Program-made: the position numbers and the translations under genes
Shown here: in pieces, positions 52,188 through 61,754 of the stretch
How positions within the stretch are numbered: the first letter of the stretch is position 1
Layout of the letters: each line of letters begins with the position of its first letter
NCBI GenBank assembly: GCA_963813535.1
Contig: CAWEZH010000003.1
Location: forward strand, 896,001-960,000
Reading direction: 5' to 3'
DNA length: 64,000 nt
From: an uncultured Chloroflexia bacterium
GTDB taxonomy: Bacteria; Chloroflexota; Limnocylindria; Limnocylindrales; CSP1-4
The notes under the pieces: model-generated
The model's database searches: none
What the model was told of the DNA's origin: nothing
The model's input: the letters and a program-made list of their open reading frames with translations, nothing else

Positions 52188-52642
52188 AGGGTTTCCTCGT
52201 TCATCGGCTCGCGCACCACCCATACGGTGCAGGGCGCGTTCTGGAGGATGTAGGGGATCGTCCGGCCGATGGCGAACTCCCCGCCGAAACGCTTTCGATA
52301 TGGCAGACCGGTGACCAGCAGGTCGGCACCTCGCTCGGTCGCCTCGTCGACGATCGCCGCGGCGACATCGCGAGCCTGCAACAGCACCGGTTCCAGCGAC
52401 ACCTTGGAGCCTTCGGCGATCTCCTCGGCCGCATCGAGCACGCGCTGGACGTCCTCGGATCGACCGGCGATGTCGGCATCGAGCGGGAGCGTCCAGTCGA
52501 TCTCGACGACGTGCACGGCGATCAACTCAGCCTTGGTCTTTGCGGCCAGGCTGGCCGCCAGCCGGACGATCCTGGCGTCGCTGGGTCCGCCATTGAGGGC
52601 GAGGACCGCCCGGCGGAAATGTGCGGTCTCGTTGTCCGGCAT
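52184..52642 (-). CDS. Universal stress protein
   Basis: AIVDEA....ADL.V.G......G....IL.NAPC.V motif. Confidence 0.88.
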   Translation of the reverse strand: MPDNETAHFRRAVLALNGGPSDARIVRLAASLAAKTKAELIAVHVVEIDWTLPLDADIAGRSEDVQRVLDAAEEIAEGSKVSLEPVLLQARDVAAAIVDEATERGADLLVTGLPYRKRFGGEFAIGRTIPYILQNAPCTVWVVREPMNEETL

Positions 52643-52739
52643 GGACGGCCACGATACCACCGTGTGGCCCCGGGGCTGGTGCCCGCGGGCACTGGGTCAA
52701 CGCCCCGCGCGAGCCTGCCCGGCCGTCATCGGCGACCCG

Positions 52740-54773
52740 TCACTCCCGCCGGTACGGCACGTCCGCGATGACCGTGTGCTCGCGCCCGAGGATGGCCTGC
52801 TTGAGCCGCTTCGCCGTCTGGTTGTAGAGCAGCCGCTCCCACCAGTGCCGCGCGACGTACTCGGGCAGCACGACGATCGTGATCGGTGCCTCCTTGTCGG
52901 GCGGCCACGCCTGGTCGAGCACGTCGAGGTAGGCAAGCACGGGCGAGATCACCGCGCGATAGGGCGACTCGACGATGACCAGGGGCACGCCGGGCACCTG
53001 GCGTTCCCAGCGCTCTCGGACGGCGTCGCCCTCCACGGGGTCGACGGTGACGTAGACCGCTCGGACATCGGGGCTGAGCGTCCGTCCGAAGTTGACCGCC
53101 TGGATCACCGCCCGGTTGATGCCGTTCACGGGGATGACGACGCGCTGCTCGCGATGGGGTCCTTCGACGACGAGGTCCTCGCGGACGCGCAGCTCACGCT
53201 CCTGGGCGTCGTACTCGCGGCGGATGAACAGCATCATGCTGACGAGGATCGGGATCAGCAGCACCACGAACCACGCCCCGTCGAGGAACTTCACGCCGGT
53301 GACGACGACGGCCACGACCGCCGTCGCGGCACAGCCGATCGCGTTGACGACGAGCCGGTAGCGCCAGCCGCGATCCCGCGTGCGCAGCCAGTGCCGGATC
53401 ATGCCCGCCTGGCTGATCGTGAAGTCGATGAACACGCCCACGGCATAGAGCGGGATGAGCGCATGGGTGCGGCCACCCGCGATGACGACGAGCGACGCGG
53501 CGATCAGGCCGAGCAGCAGGATCCCCATCGAGAACGCCAGCCGGTCGCCGCGGAGGGCGAACTGGCGCGGGAAGAAGCCGTCCTCGCCGAGGACCGCGGC
53601 AAGCCGAGGGAACGCGGCGAAGCTCGTGTTCGCGGCGAGGAAGAGCAGCAGCGCCGTGAAGATCTGGAACAGGTAGAACTGGAGCGTGGACGACCCGAAG
53701 ACCGTCTCCGCGACCTGGGCGATGACGGTCTTGTGCTCCACGTCCGTACCGAACAGCTCCGGCACCGTCGGATAGATGGCGAAGTTCGAGGCCAGGAACG
53801 TGATGCCGATGAAGAGAGTGGCCAGCACGGCCGCCATCACCAACAGGGTGGCCGCCGCGTTCTTCGCCTCGGGCGGCTTGAAGGCCGGCACGCCCGTCGC
53901 GATGGCCTCGGTCCCTGTCAGCGCCACGGCACCCGAGGCGAACGCCCGGAGCAACAGGAAGATCGAGATGGCGCCGGCCGTGTTCGCCGTCGCGGCGACG
54001 ACCTCGGGTGGCGGCGCGTGATGCTCGCCCAGCACGATGATCCGGTAGGCGCCCATGGCGATCATCGCGAAGGCGCTGAACATGAACAGGTAGGTCGGGA
54101 CGGCGAAGATGTTGCCGGCCTCGCGCACGCCGCGCAGGTTGGCCAGGGTGATCAGGCCCAATGCCCCCACGCCGATGAGGACGCGGACGTCGCCCAGGGC
54201 GGGGAAGGCCGAGACGATCTGCTCGACCGCCGACGACGTCGACACGGCTGCCGTCAGGTTGTAGTCGATGAGCAGGGCCGACGCCGCCACGAGTGACGCG
54301 TTCCGGCCGAAATTCGCCTTCGACACCGAGTACGACCCGCCGCCGGTCGGGTAGGCGATGCAGACCTGCCGATAGCTGAAGGCGACGACCGCGAGAAGGC
54401 CGGCGATGGCGATGGCGACCGGCAATGCGAATTGGAGCGCCGCCAGCGCTGCGCCACCGAGGATGAAGGCGAGGATGATCTCCTCGGTCGCGTACGCGGA
54501 CGAGCTGATGGCGTCGGAGCTGAAGATGGCCAGGGCCTTGGTCTTCGACAGGCGCTCGCCGATCTCCTCGTCCTGGTGGAGCGGCCGGCCGAGGACGACG
54601 GCGCGGACCTTCGCGACCAGACGGGCGCCGGGCGTGGTCGGGATGCTGGCCGCCTCTTTGGCGGTCAGCTGGCCCTTGCCGCTGTAGCGGAAATAGGGTG
54701 CGTGGGGGCGCTCCACGCGAACTCGCTTGTCGCCGGGCTTGCGGCCCTGCAGCGGCCGCCGACCGCCGATCAC
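52740..54773 (-). CDS. kimA: KimA-like APC/KUP family potassium transporter
   Basis: SSDAISSSAYATEE, YPTGGGSY, ALTGTEAI..GVPAF, LIPLYAVGVF and WWE.LL.NQ motifs. Confidence 0.88.
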   Translation of the reverse strand: MIGGRRPLQGRKPGDKRVRVERPHAPYFRYSGKGQLTAKEAASIPTTPGARLVAKVRAVVLGRPLHQDEEIGERLSKTKALAIFSSDAISSSAYATEEIILAFILGGAALAALQFALPVAIAIAGLLAVVAFSYRQVCIAYPTGGGSYSVSKANFGRNASLVAASALLIDYNLTAAVSTSSAVEQIVSAFPALGDVRVLIGVGALGLITLANLRGVREAGNIFAVPTYLFMFSAFAMIAMGAYRIIVLGEHHAPPPEVVAATANTAGAISIFLLLRAFASGAVALTGTEAIATGVPAFKPPEAKNAAATLLVMAAVLATLFIGITFLASNFAIYPTVPELFGTDVEHKTVIAQVAETVFGSSTLQFYLFQIFTALLLFLAANTSFAAFPRLAAVLGEDGFFPRQFALRGDRLAFSMGILLLGLIAASLVVIAGGRTHALIPLYAVGVFIDFTISQAGMIRHWLRTRDRGWRYRLVVNAIGCAATAVVAVVVTGVKFLDGAWFVVLLIPILVSMMLFIRREYDAQERELRVREDLVVEGPHREQRVVIPVNGINRAVIQAVNFGRTLSPDVRAVYVTVDPVEGDAVRERWERQVPGVPLVIVESPYRAVISPVLAYLDVLDQAWPPDKEAPITIVVLPEYVARHWWERLLYNQTAKRLKQAILGREHTVIADVPYRRE

Positions 54774-54798
54774 TCGCGAGTCTCCCCTGGCTGCCAGG

Positions 54799-55522
54799 TC
54801 ATACGCCGAAGCTCAGTCGTGCGGCCAACCGATCGGGCAGCCCGATGGAACGCATGGCGGCCTGGACGCGGTCGATGTCGTACGCGACGCGGTGCCAGGT
54901 CACCCGGCCGACGTCCCGATCGAGCACGAGGTAGGACGCCCGCGGATCACCGTCACGCGGCTGCCCCACGCTGCCCGGATTGATCAGCGACCGGTAGGCG
55001 CCGAGCTCGATCCCGGTGGTGTCGCGAGCCTGGACCAGCGCCACGCGATCCGGCGTGGCCATCCACGCCACCGGCACGTGGGTGTGGCCGTGCAGCGCGT
55101 GCTGCGTCTCCTGTCCCTCGATGTTCGCGCGTCGCGGTGTCGCGGTCCGTGACGTACTCGCGGAGCGGATCGCGCGGGCTGCCATGGACCAGCAGCACGT
55201 CGTCGACCACGCGCCGCTCGGGCAGCGCCTCCAGCCATCGCCTGGTCTCCACGGCCATGGATTCGCGGGTCCACTCCGCGGCCGCGCGAGCCTCCGGATT
55301 GAACCAATCGATCTCCGGGCCGCCGACGGCCGCGGCATCGTGATTGCCGCGCACACCCGTCGCGTCGCGCTCGCTCAAGCGCGCCACCACGGCGTCGGGC
55401 TCGGGGCCGTAGCCGACCACGTCGCCGAGATGCCAGACGGCATCGACGTCGCCGGCGTGGAGAAGGACCGCATCGAGCGCCACGATATTGCTATGGATGT
55501 CCGACAGCACAGCGACGCGCAT
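54799..55522 (-). CDS. Metallophosphoesterase family protein (frameshift near 55135)
   Basis: SDIHSN, GDVVGYG, GNHD and HGSP in one frame; GHTH.P and NPGSVGQPRDG in the other. Confidence 0.88.
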
Positions 55523-55564
55523 CCGGGTGAGGGTAGCAGTCAGCGCGGGACGGTCGAGGCACGG

Positions 55565-56356
55565 TCACCACGGGGTCCGGCGGCGGACGGCGGGGTCACG
55601 CGGGAATCGATCCGGGACCGCTCCGCGCTCGTCTCTCGTCGCCACGATCAGGCGGTGCGACTCGAGTCCGCGGACCCCGACCTCGACGGCCTCGATGTGC
55701 CCGCCGCCGAGGGCGTCGATCGCCCGCAGCGCGGCCGCCGTCTCGGCCGTCAGGTCACCCCGCTTCCACGCCACGAGTGACCCACCGGGCGCGAGCAGCG
55801 GGAACGCGAGTTCGACGAGGTCGGCGGCTGACGCGACGGCCCGTGCGGTGACGACATCCCGTCGACCTCTCGCCGCCGGATCGCGCGCGAGGTCCTCGGC
55901 TCGCCGCGCGTCGACGCTGACCCTGTCGCCCAGTCCCGTCGCCTCGATCGCGGTGCTGAGGAATCGTGCCTTCTTGGCGGTCGGTTCGAGCAGCGTCACC
56001 TCGATCGACGGGAGCGTCGGGCGCAGGGCCGCGGCCAGCGGCAGACCCGGGAAACCGCCGCCCGACCCGAGGTCGAGCAGCCGCTGGGGTCGGTGCGCGG
56101 CGATCCATGGCAGCGCGGTCAGACTGTCGACGACGTGGCCGGTCGCGATGGCGTCCGCGTCACGGATCGCCGTCAGGTTGATGGAGGGTGTCCACGCGAG
56201 GAGCAGCCGGACATGCCCCTCGATGGCCTGGGCGACCTCCGGTGCCAGGTCGATCCCGAGTGCGTCGAGCCCGCGACGGAGCGCGTCATCGTAGGTGACC
56301 GGCAACCGAGCGGTGTCCTGGACACGCGTCGGGAGCGGCTCGCGCCTGCGATCCAA
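55565..56356 (-). CDS. rsmG: 16S rRNA m7G527 methyltransferase RsmG/GidB
   Basis: W...INLTAI, H..DSL, DLGSGGGFPG, KK..FL, RAE and TARAV motifs; AAGGAGG RBS before the TTG. Confidence 0.92.
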   Translation of the reverse strand: MDRRREPLPTRVQDTARLPVTYDDALRRGLDALGIDLAPEVAQAIEGHVRLLLAWTPSINLTAIRDADAIATGHVVDSLTALPWIAAHRPQRLLDLGSGGGFPGLPLAAALRPTLPSIEVTLLEPTAKKARFLSTAIEATGLGDRVSVDARRAEDLARDPAARGRRDVVTARAVASAADLVELAFPLLAPGGSLVAWKRGDLTAETAAALRAIDALGGGHIEAVEVGVRGLESHRLIVATRDERGAVPDRFPRDPAVRRRTPW

Positions 56357-56419
56357 CGGTACGCCTCCTTGGCCGTGCGTACCACGCGGCGCGCCACCGC
56401 TCCCGACGTCGACTCGTCT

Positions 56420-56525
56420 CGCACCAGCGGCGATGATCGTCCGGTCTTCCGCGATCCATCCGGTTCGTGGCCGGGTCTCCCCGTGCCCCTCGTGGACCGC
56501 GTTACCCTCGCGTCGCCCCAGTGCG
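56420..56525 (-). ncRNA. Candidate structured 5' leader / cis-regulatory RNA upstream of rsmG
   Basis: 13-bp closing stem (CGCACUGGGGCGA / UCGCCGCUGGUGCG) enclosing CGCG-loop-CGCG and CGGG-GAGA-CCCG hairpins; downstream of TTGACG-18-TACGGT. Confidence 0.35.
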
Positions 56526-56567
56526 GGATGGGACCGTAATAGCCGCGGCGGGGGAGCGTCAACACCC

Positions 56568-56608
56568 TTATCCACGAAGTCCCCGGGGCAGGACGGTTTG
56601 GTGGATAA
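56568..56608. promoter_or_regulatory. Pair of inverted DnaA-box-like sites
   Basis: TTATCCACG (56568-56576) and GGTGGATAA (56600-56608), each an 8/9 match to TTATCCACA. Confidence 0.55.
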
Positions 56609-56621
56609 GTCGCCCCGGAAT

Positions 56622-58115
56622 CTAGTCGCGGGTACCAGCCGGGATGACGCTGCGCGGGGCGCGGACATGCGGCGGCCGAGCCGATGTCGGGACGCGCAAG
56701 CCGCTGGCGCGAACCGCCGCGAGCGCCTCCAGCCGGTCCGTCTCGTGCTCGAGGGCCGTGGTCGTCGCGACGGCGATGAGGTCAGGATCGATCGGCGCGC
56801 CGGGACCCGGCAGGACGAGCACGAATGCCGACCCGACGCCCAGCTCGCTCGCGACGTCGAGCTCGCCGCCCATCCGCCGGGCGAGATCCCGGGCGATCGA
56901 CAGACCGAGCCCGGTGCCGGTGACCCGCTCGTGATCGGCCATCCGGTAGAAGCGCTCGAAGACCCGTGCCCGATCCTCCGCGCCGATGCCCGGGCCTTCG
57001 TCCCGGACCGAGACGATGGCGACCGGACCGTCGAACCGTCCGGTGAGCTCGACCTCCAGGCCGCCGGACCCGAACTTGAGCGCGTTCGACGTGAGGTTGG
57101 TCACGATCTGCTCGACCCGTCGCCGGTCGCCGACCGCGGTCCCGATCCGGTTGGGCAGCGTCGTGACGAGGGGCACGCCGCGATCGAGCGCGATCGGCAT
57201 CAGCGCCGAACCGACCGTGTGCAGCACATCGGCCACGGAGAACGGCTCATGCTCGAGGACCAGGGAGCCCGCCTCGAGCTTGGACAGCTCCAGCAGGTCG
57301 CCGATCAGCTCGGTCATCGATCCGGCGATCGAGCGACATCGCTCGAGGAACTCGCGGGCGACCGCCTCGTCGTCGACGTTGCCGTCGAGGATGAGGTCGA
57401 GGTACCCGGACAGGCCCGTGAGCGGTGTTCGCAGTTCGTGCGCGACCGTCGACACGTACGTGGCGCGCTCGGCCTCGCCGGCCCGCCACGTCGCGAGCTC
57501 CCGCTCGGTCGACATGGATTCGGTGACCAGGGCCAGGGCCACTGCCGCGTGTCGCGCCAGCGACGGCGGCAGGCGCTCGGTCAGCGCCTCGGCGTCACGA
57601 GGACGGGCGAACGCGAACCCGAGGGTCACGTCGCCAGCCGAAGGGATCGGGAGCCAGGCATGATGGGGCGTGGTCGACGTGGCGCGGGGACGTTGCAGCC
57701 CCGCATCGACACGCGACGCGACGACGATCTCGGCCGGCGCCGATGCGGCACGGCGCGCGCGACTGCGCGGGGCGGACGCATCGAGCCAGGCCGCCAGCTC
57801 GAGCGCACCGGGTGCGTCCTCGGGTCCCGACGCCGCCACCGCGACACGACGCTGATCGCCGTCAGCGAGGACCGCAGCCCGCTCCGCACCCGCGATCCTG
57901 GCCAGGAGATCGAGCATGCCCGCCAGCCGCGCTTCGGCCGGACGACCAGACGCCAGGATGTCGAGGGCCATCGCGAGGAGACGTCGCTCCTCGTCGGCCA
58001 GCCGATCGGCGGCACGCCGCAGATGCCGTCGCCGCTCGACGAACGGTCGCGGTGGCGAGATCGTCGGGCCGACGGACGGGAGTGAGCCGGGTGCGATGCC
58101 CGATGGCTCCGTCAT
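56622..58115 (-). CDS. Cytoplasmic sensor histidine kinase (GAF-like + HisKA + HATPase)
   Basis: AHELRTPL, NL.SNALKF, D.GPGI, FERFYR and GTGLGL motifs. Confidence 0.92.
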   Translation of the reverse strand: MTEPSGIAPGSLPSVGPTISPPRPFVERRRHLRRAADRLADEERRLLAMALDILASGRPAEARLAGMLDLLARIAGAERAAVLADGDQRRVAVAASGPEDAPGALELAAWLDASAPRSRARRAASAPAEIVVASRVDAGLQRPRATSTTPHHAWLPIPSAGDVTLGFAFARPRDAEALTERLPPSLARHAAVALALVTESMSTERELATWRAGEAERATYVSTVAHELRTPLTGLSGYLDLILDGNVDDEAVAREFLERCRSIAGSMTELIGDLLELSKLEAGSLVLEHEPFSVADVLHTVGSALMPIALDRGVPLVTTLPNRIGTAVGDRRRVEQIVTNLTSNALKFGSGGLEVELTGRFDGPVAIVSVRDEGPGIGAEDRARVFERFYRMADHERVTGTGLGLSIARDLARRMGGELDVASELGVGSAFVLVLPGPGAPIDPDLIAVATTTALEHETDRLEALAAVRASGLRVPTSARPPHVRAPRSVIPAGTRD

Positions 58116-58194
58116 ACCGGACCATCGTCCCGCCCCGGTGCATCCGGGCGACATCCCCCGACGGCGCTCGGCGCGGGCGCCGAAGGTACCGGGG

Positions 58195-58548
58195 CTAGGA
58201 GGCCCGACTTGGGCTCCGGACAGGCCGGCCGAGCGTCCGACGCACGACGTCGATGACCTCGTCCACGTACTGGTCCGCCTCGCCGCGCTCGGCCGCTGTC
58301 CGCACGCAGCCCTGGACGTGATCCTCCAGGACCAGGATCGACAAGGCATCGACCGCTGCCCGCAACGCCGCGGTCTGCTGGAGGATGTCGACGCAGTACT
58401 CTTCGCGCTCGATCATCCGGGCGATCCCGCGGACCTGGCCCTCCATCCGCGACAGCCGCCGCATCAGCTGCGCCGAATCCTTGGCGTAGCTGTGGCGGAA
58501 GTGGCTCGGGTCGGGGGGAGGGACTCGGCGCGACGAACTCGTGGCCAT
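58195..58548 (-). CDS. csoR: CsoR/RcnR family metal-sensing repressor (Cys-His-Cys, Cu(I) type)
   Basis: RL.RMEGQVRGI..M....YC.DIL.Q.......L...L..HV..CV motif. Confidence 0.9.
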   Translation of the reverse strand: MATSSSRRVPPPDPSHFRHSYAKDSAQLMRRLSRMEGQVRGIARMIEREEYCVDILQQTAALRAAVDALSILVLEDHVQGCVRTAAERGEADQYVDEVIDVVRRTLGRPVRSPSRAS

Positions 58549-58558
58549 GGCCGGCATC

Positions 58559-58575
58559 ATACCCCCAGGGGGTAT
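58559..58575. promoter_or_regulatory. CsoR-type operator
   Basis: Perfect palindrome ATACCCCC-A-GGGGGTAT between -35 TTGCGA and -10 TATGAT of csoR. Confidence 0.85.
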
Positions 58576-58654
58576 CGAGTCGCAATGTGCCGGCGGGTCG
58601 GGCCATGTGTCGTCTCGAACCGGTCCCACGGTCCCTCGGGTAGACTGGCGGCCG

Positions 58655-59179
58655 ATGGACTCCCGCACCCCGTTCGCCCATGCCAGCGAAGCGGAGATGG
58701 CTCGCATCCTCGACTTCTATGCGGTCCGGTGGGAGTACGAGCCGCACACCTTCCCGATCCTCTGGAACATGGAGGGTGACGTCGTCGAGAGCTTCTCGCC
58801 GGATTTCTACCTGCCCGATCTCGACCTGTACCTCGAGATGACCACGCTCCGCCAGAAGCTGGTCCGCAAGAAGAACCGCAAGCTCCGGCGCCTCCGGGAG
58901 CTCTACCCGTCGATCAACATCAAGCTGTTCTACGCGCGCGACTTCCGGGCATTGATGCTCAAGTACGGCAAGCTCGCGCTCGTCGCGGGCCTGTCGGGTT
59001 CGTCGGGCCAGGTGGCGTTGCCGCACGCCGTCGAGGTGACGACATTCCCGGACGGACCGCCGGTCCGTCAGCCAGCCGCCGCACCGCTGGCCGCGGCCGT
59101 CATCGGGACCGGCCGCCGCCGTGCCGCCCGGGTGCCCACGGCGAGCGCCGCGACCGAACCTGAGACCGGCGGTCGATGA
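58655..59179 (+). CDS. Hypothetical protein with a PD-(D/E)xK-like motif
   Basis: SE....ILD....WEYEP..F and FSPDFYLP....YLEMTT; ATGA overlap with hpt. Confidence 0.7.
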   Translation: MDSRTPFAHASEAEMARILDFYAVRWEYEPHTFPILWNMEGDVVESFSPDFYLPDLDLYLEMTTLRQKLVRKKNRKLRRLRELYPSINIKLFYARDFRALMLKYGKLALVAGLSGSSGQVALPHAVEVTTFPDGPPVRQPAAAPLAAAVIGTGRRRAARVPTASAATEPETGGR

Positions 59180-59769
59180 CCGGCCGGATCGCCGATCTCC
59201 ACGCCGACATCGCTGACGTCCTCCTCACCGAGGAGCAGATCTCGACCCGCGTCGCCGAACTCGGTGCGCAGATCACGGCCGACTACCAGGGCCGCCCGGT
59301 GACGCTCGTGTCCGTGCTGAAGGGGTCGCTGCCGTTCATGGCCGACCTGATGCGGGCCATCGACCTGCCCCTTCGGATCGACCTCATGGAGGTCAGCTCG
59401 TACGGCGGTGCGACGACCGAGTCGTCGGGGCTGGTCAGGATCCTCAAGGACCTGTCGGCCAGCATCGCCGATGAGGACGTATTGATCGTCGAGGACATCA
59501 TCGACACCGGTCTGACGCTCAACTACCTGATCCGCTACCTGCGCGGCAAGAACCCGAAGTCGTTGCGCATCTGCACGCTGCTGGACAAGCCGGCCCGCCG
59601 TCTCGTCGACATCCCGGTCGAGTACATCGGATTCCAGATCCCCGACCAGTTCGTCATCGGCTACGGCCTCGATTACGGCGAGGTCTACCGCAACCTGCGC
59701 TTCGTCGGCGTGCTCAAGCCCGAGGTGTATGGCGTCATGGGCGAGCCCGAGGAGGCCGTCGAGGCGTGA
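59176..59769 (+). CDS. hpt: Hypoxanthine phosphoribosyltransferase
   Basis: VLKGS..FMADL, SSYG, VEDIIDTGLTL, LLDK and FVIGYGLDY motifs. Confidence 0.95.
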   Translation: MTGRIADLHADIADVLLTEEQISTRVAELGAQITADYQGRPVTLVSVLKGSLPFMADLMRAIDLPLRIDLMEVSSYGGATTESSGLVRILKDLSASIADEDVLIVEDIIDTGLTLNYLIRYLRGKNPKSLRICTLLDKPARRLVDIPVEYIGFQIPDQFVIGYGLDYGEVYRNLRFVGVLKPEVYGVMGEPEEAVEA

Positions 59770-60212
59770 CGATGCACCGGCGGCCCCTCGGCGCGGGCCG
59801 GACGCTGGCCGCCATCGGCGGCGTGGCGATCCTCATCGGCTGTGTCCTGCCGTGGTGGCAGCTCGCCCAGCCCGGCGGTGGCCTGCCGCCGCTGACCGGT
59901 AACGGCCTGGAGGCGAGCGGGATCCTCGCGCTGCTGTCGGGGATCGGCACGCTCTTGCTCGTCGCGTTGCCCTACGCCGTCGGCGACCGTCCGACCCCGA
60001 TCGACCGTTGGGAGGTGTTCGCCGGGCTGGCGATCATCGGATGGATCGGCGTCGGCTGGCGGGTGTTCGAGCTGGTCGGCCTTGGCGCCTTCCGGTTCAC
60101 CGAGCCCGTCCAGATCGTCACGAACGGCCCGGGGCTCTGGATCACGGTGATCGGGCTGGCCGTGCTCTCGCGAGCGGCCTTCGTGATGACCCACGAGCCG
60201 CACTACCGCTGA
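59766..60212 (+). CDS. Small 4-TM membrane protein
   Basis: Hydrophobic helices, LPW and GPGLW motifs, and GTGA coupling to hpt. Confidence 0.7.
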   Translation: MTMHRRPLGAGRTLAAIGGVAILIGCVLPWWQLAQPGGGLPPLTGNGLEASGILALLSGIGTLLLVALPYAVGDRPTPIDRWEVFAGLAIIGWIGVGWRVFELVGLGAFRFTEPVQIVTNGPGLWITVIGLAVLSRAAFVMTHEPHYR

Positions 60213-61754
60213 GCGGCGGGGATCGCCTCGCGGTCTGACACCGCCACGAGATCGAGCCGGTCGCTGGCCGCCTCGATGAGGGCCGGGTCATGGGTCGTCG
60301 CCAATACCGTCACGCGCCCGTCGAGCGCCGACAGCAGTCGGGCGACGGAGCGGGCGCCGGCTCGGTCGAGCGCGGCGGTCGGTTCGTCGAGGATCAGCAG
60401 GTCGGGCTCCGCCGCGAGCGCTCGCGCGAGCGCGACCCGCAGTCGTTCGCCGGCCGACAGCCCGTCGGGGGCACGGTCGAGGTGGTCGCCGAGGCCCACG
60501 GCTTCCAGCGCGGCGACGGCGCGCGGTCGGGCGGCATCCGGCGCGACCCCGCGGATCGCCAGGCCCAGCTCGACATTCTCGCGGGCGCTCAGGAACGGGA
60601 CGAGGTCGCGGACCTGATCGACGATCCCGACCCGCGCCGCGCGCAGATGCGCCAGACCGTCGCGATCCAGACCCGCGAGGTCCGTGCCGAGGGTCACGAC
60701 CCGGCCCTCGGTCGGCCGATCGAGACCGGCCACGATACGCAGGAGCGTCGTCTTGCCGCTCCCCGAGGGGCCGGTGATCACGTGGAAGCGCCCCGCGCGG
60801 AATGCAGCGCTCGTCGGCGGCAGCCCGAGCATCTCGGTGGCCCCTCCGCCATAGCGTCGGGCGACCCGATCGAGCACGACCGCGTCCGTCCCATCGTCGT
60901 GGCGGACCGCAGGCGACAACGGTGTCGACGGTTCCGCCAACGGCGGTGCGAGCCAGCCCTGCGCATCGCGGACCGGCATCCGCGGCGCACCGGGACCGCC
61001 CACGCGTTCGGCCACGGCCCGACCGTCCGCGACGTGGATGACTCGATCCGCCACCCGCTCGACCAGCTCGTCATGGGTGACGACGAGACAGGTGCTCCCC
61101 TCGGCCCGCACGAGGTCGCGGAGGACGCCCAGGATCGTTTCGGCCGTGGTCGCGTCGAGCTCGCCGGTCGGTTCGTCGGCGAGGAGCAGGGCAGGACGCG
61201 TGGCGAGCGCGACCGCGAAGGCGACGCGCTGCTGCTCACCGCCCGACAGCTCGTGCCGGAGCGCTGCCCCACGGTCCGGCAGGCCGATCCGCTCGAGAAG
61301 CTCGGCTACACGTCGTGTCCGCTCGGCGGTGGGGACGCCGCGCAGCGCGAGCGGCAGGGCGATGGCCTCGGCGACGCCGGAGGTATGGCGACAGCGCGCG
61401 ACGATAGTGCTGCTCGACCACGCCCACGCGGGCCCGCCGGTGCTCGTCGAGCTGGCGATCGGTGGCGTCGGTCAGGTCCTGTCCGAAGACCTCCAATCGT
61501 CCGGCTGACGGCCGGTCGAGGCCGGCCACGAGCCGGAGCAGGGTCGACTTCCCGGAGCCCGACGGCCCGATGACCGCGGCGACCTCACCCTCCGCGACCA
61601 TGATGTCGAGGCCGCGCAGGGCTGGCACGGGTCCACCCGGGCTCGGATGGATCCTGATCAGCCCGGAGCCGACGATCGCGTCAGCCATCGGCCCGCTCCG
61701 GGCCGGCCGTCCACGTGCCAGCTCGTCGGTCGGCGCGACCGCCGCGCCGCTCAC
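60203..61754 (-). CDS. ABC transporter ATP-binding protein with two ATPase domains (LolD/FtsE-like); frameshift near 61378
   Basis: GPSGSGKS...[14 protein letters not shown] and GPSGSGKT...[13 protein letters not shown]. Confidence 0.85.

Noticed and set aside
56561-56615. Replication origin oriC
   Set aside because: Only two boxes, no AT-rich unwinding element, and no dnaA/dnaN/parAB nearby.
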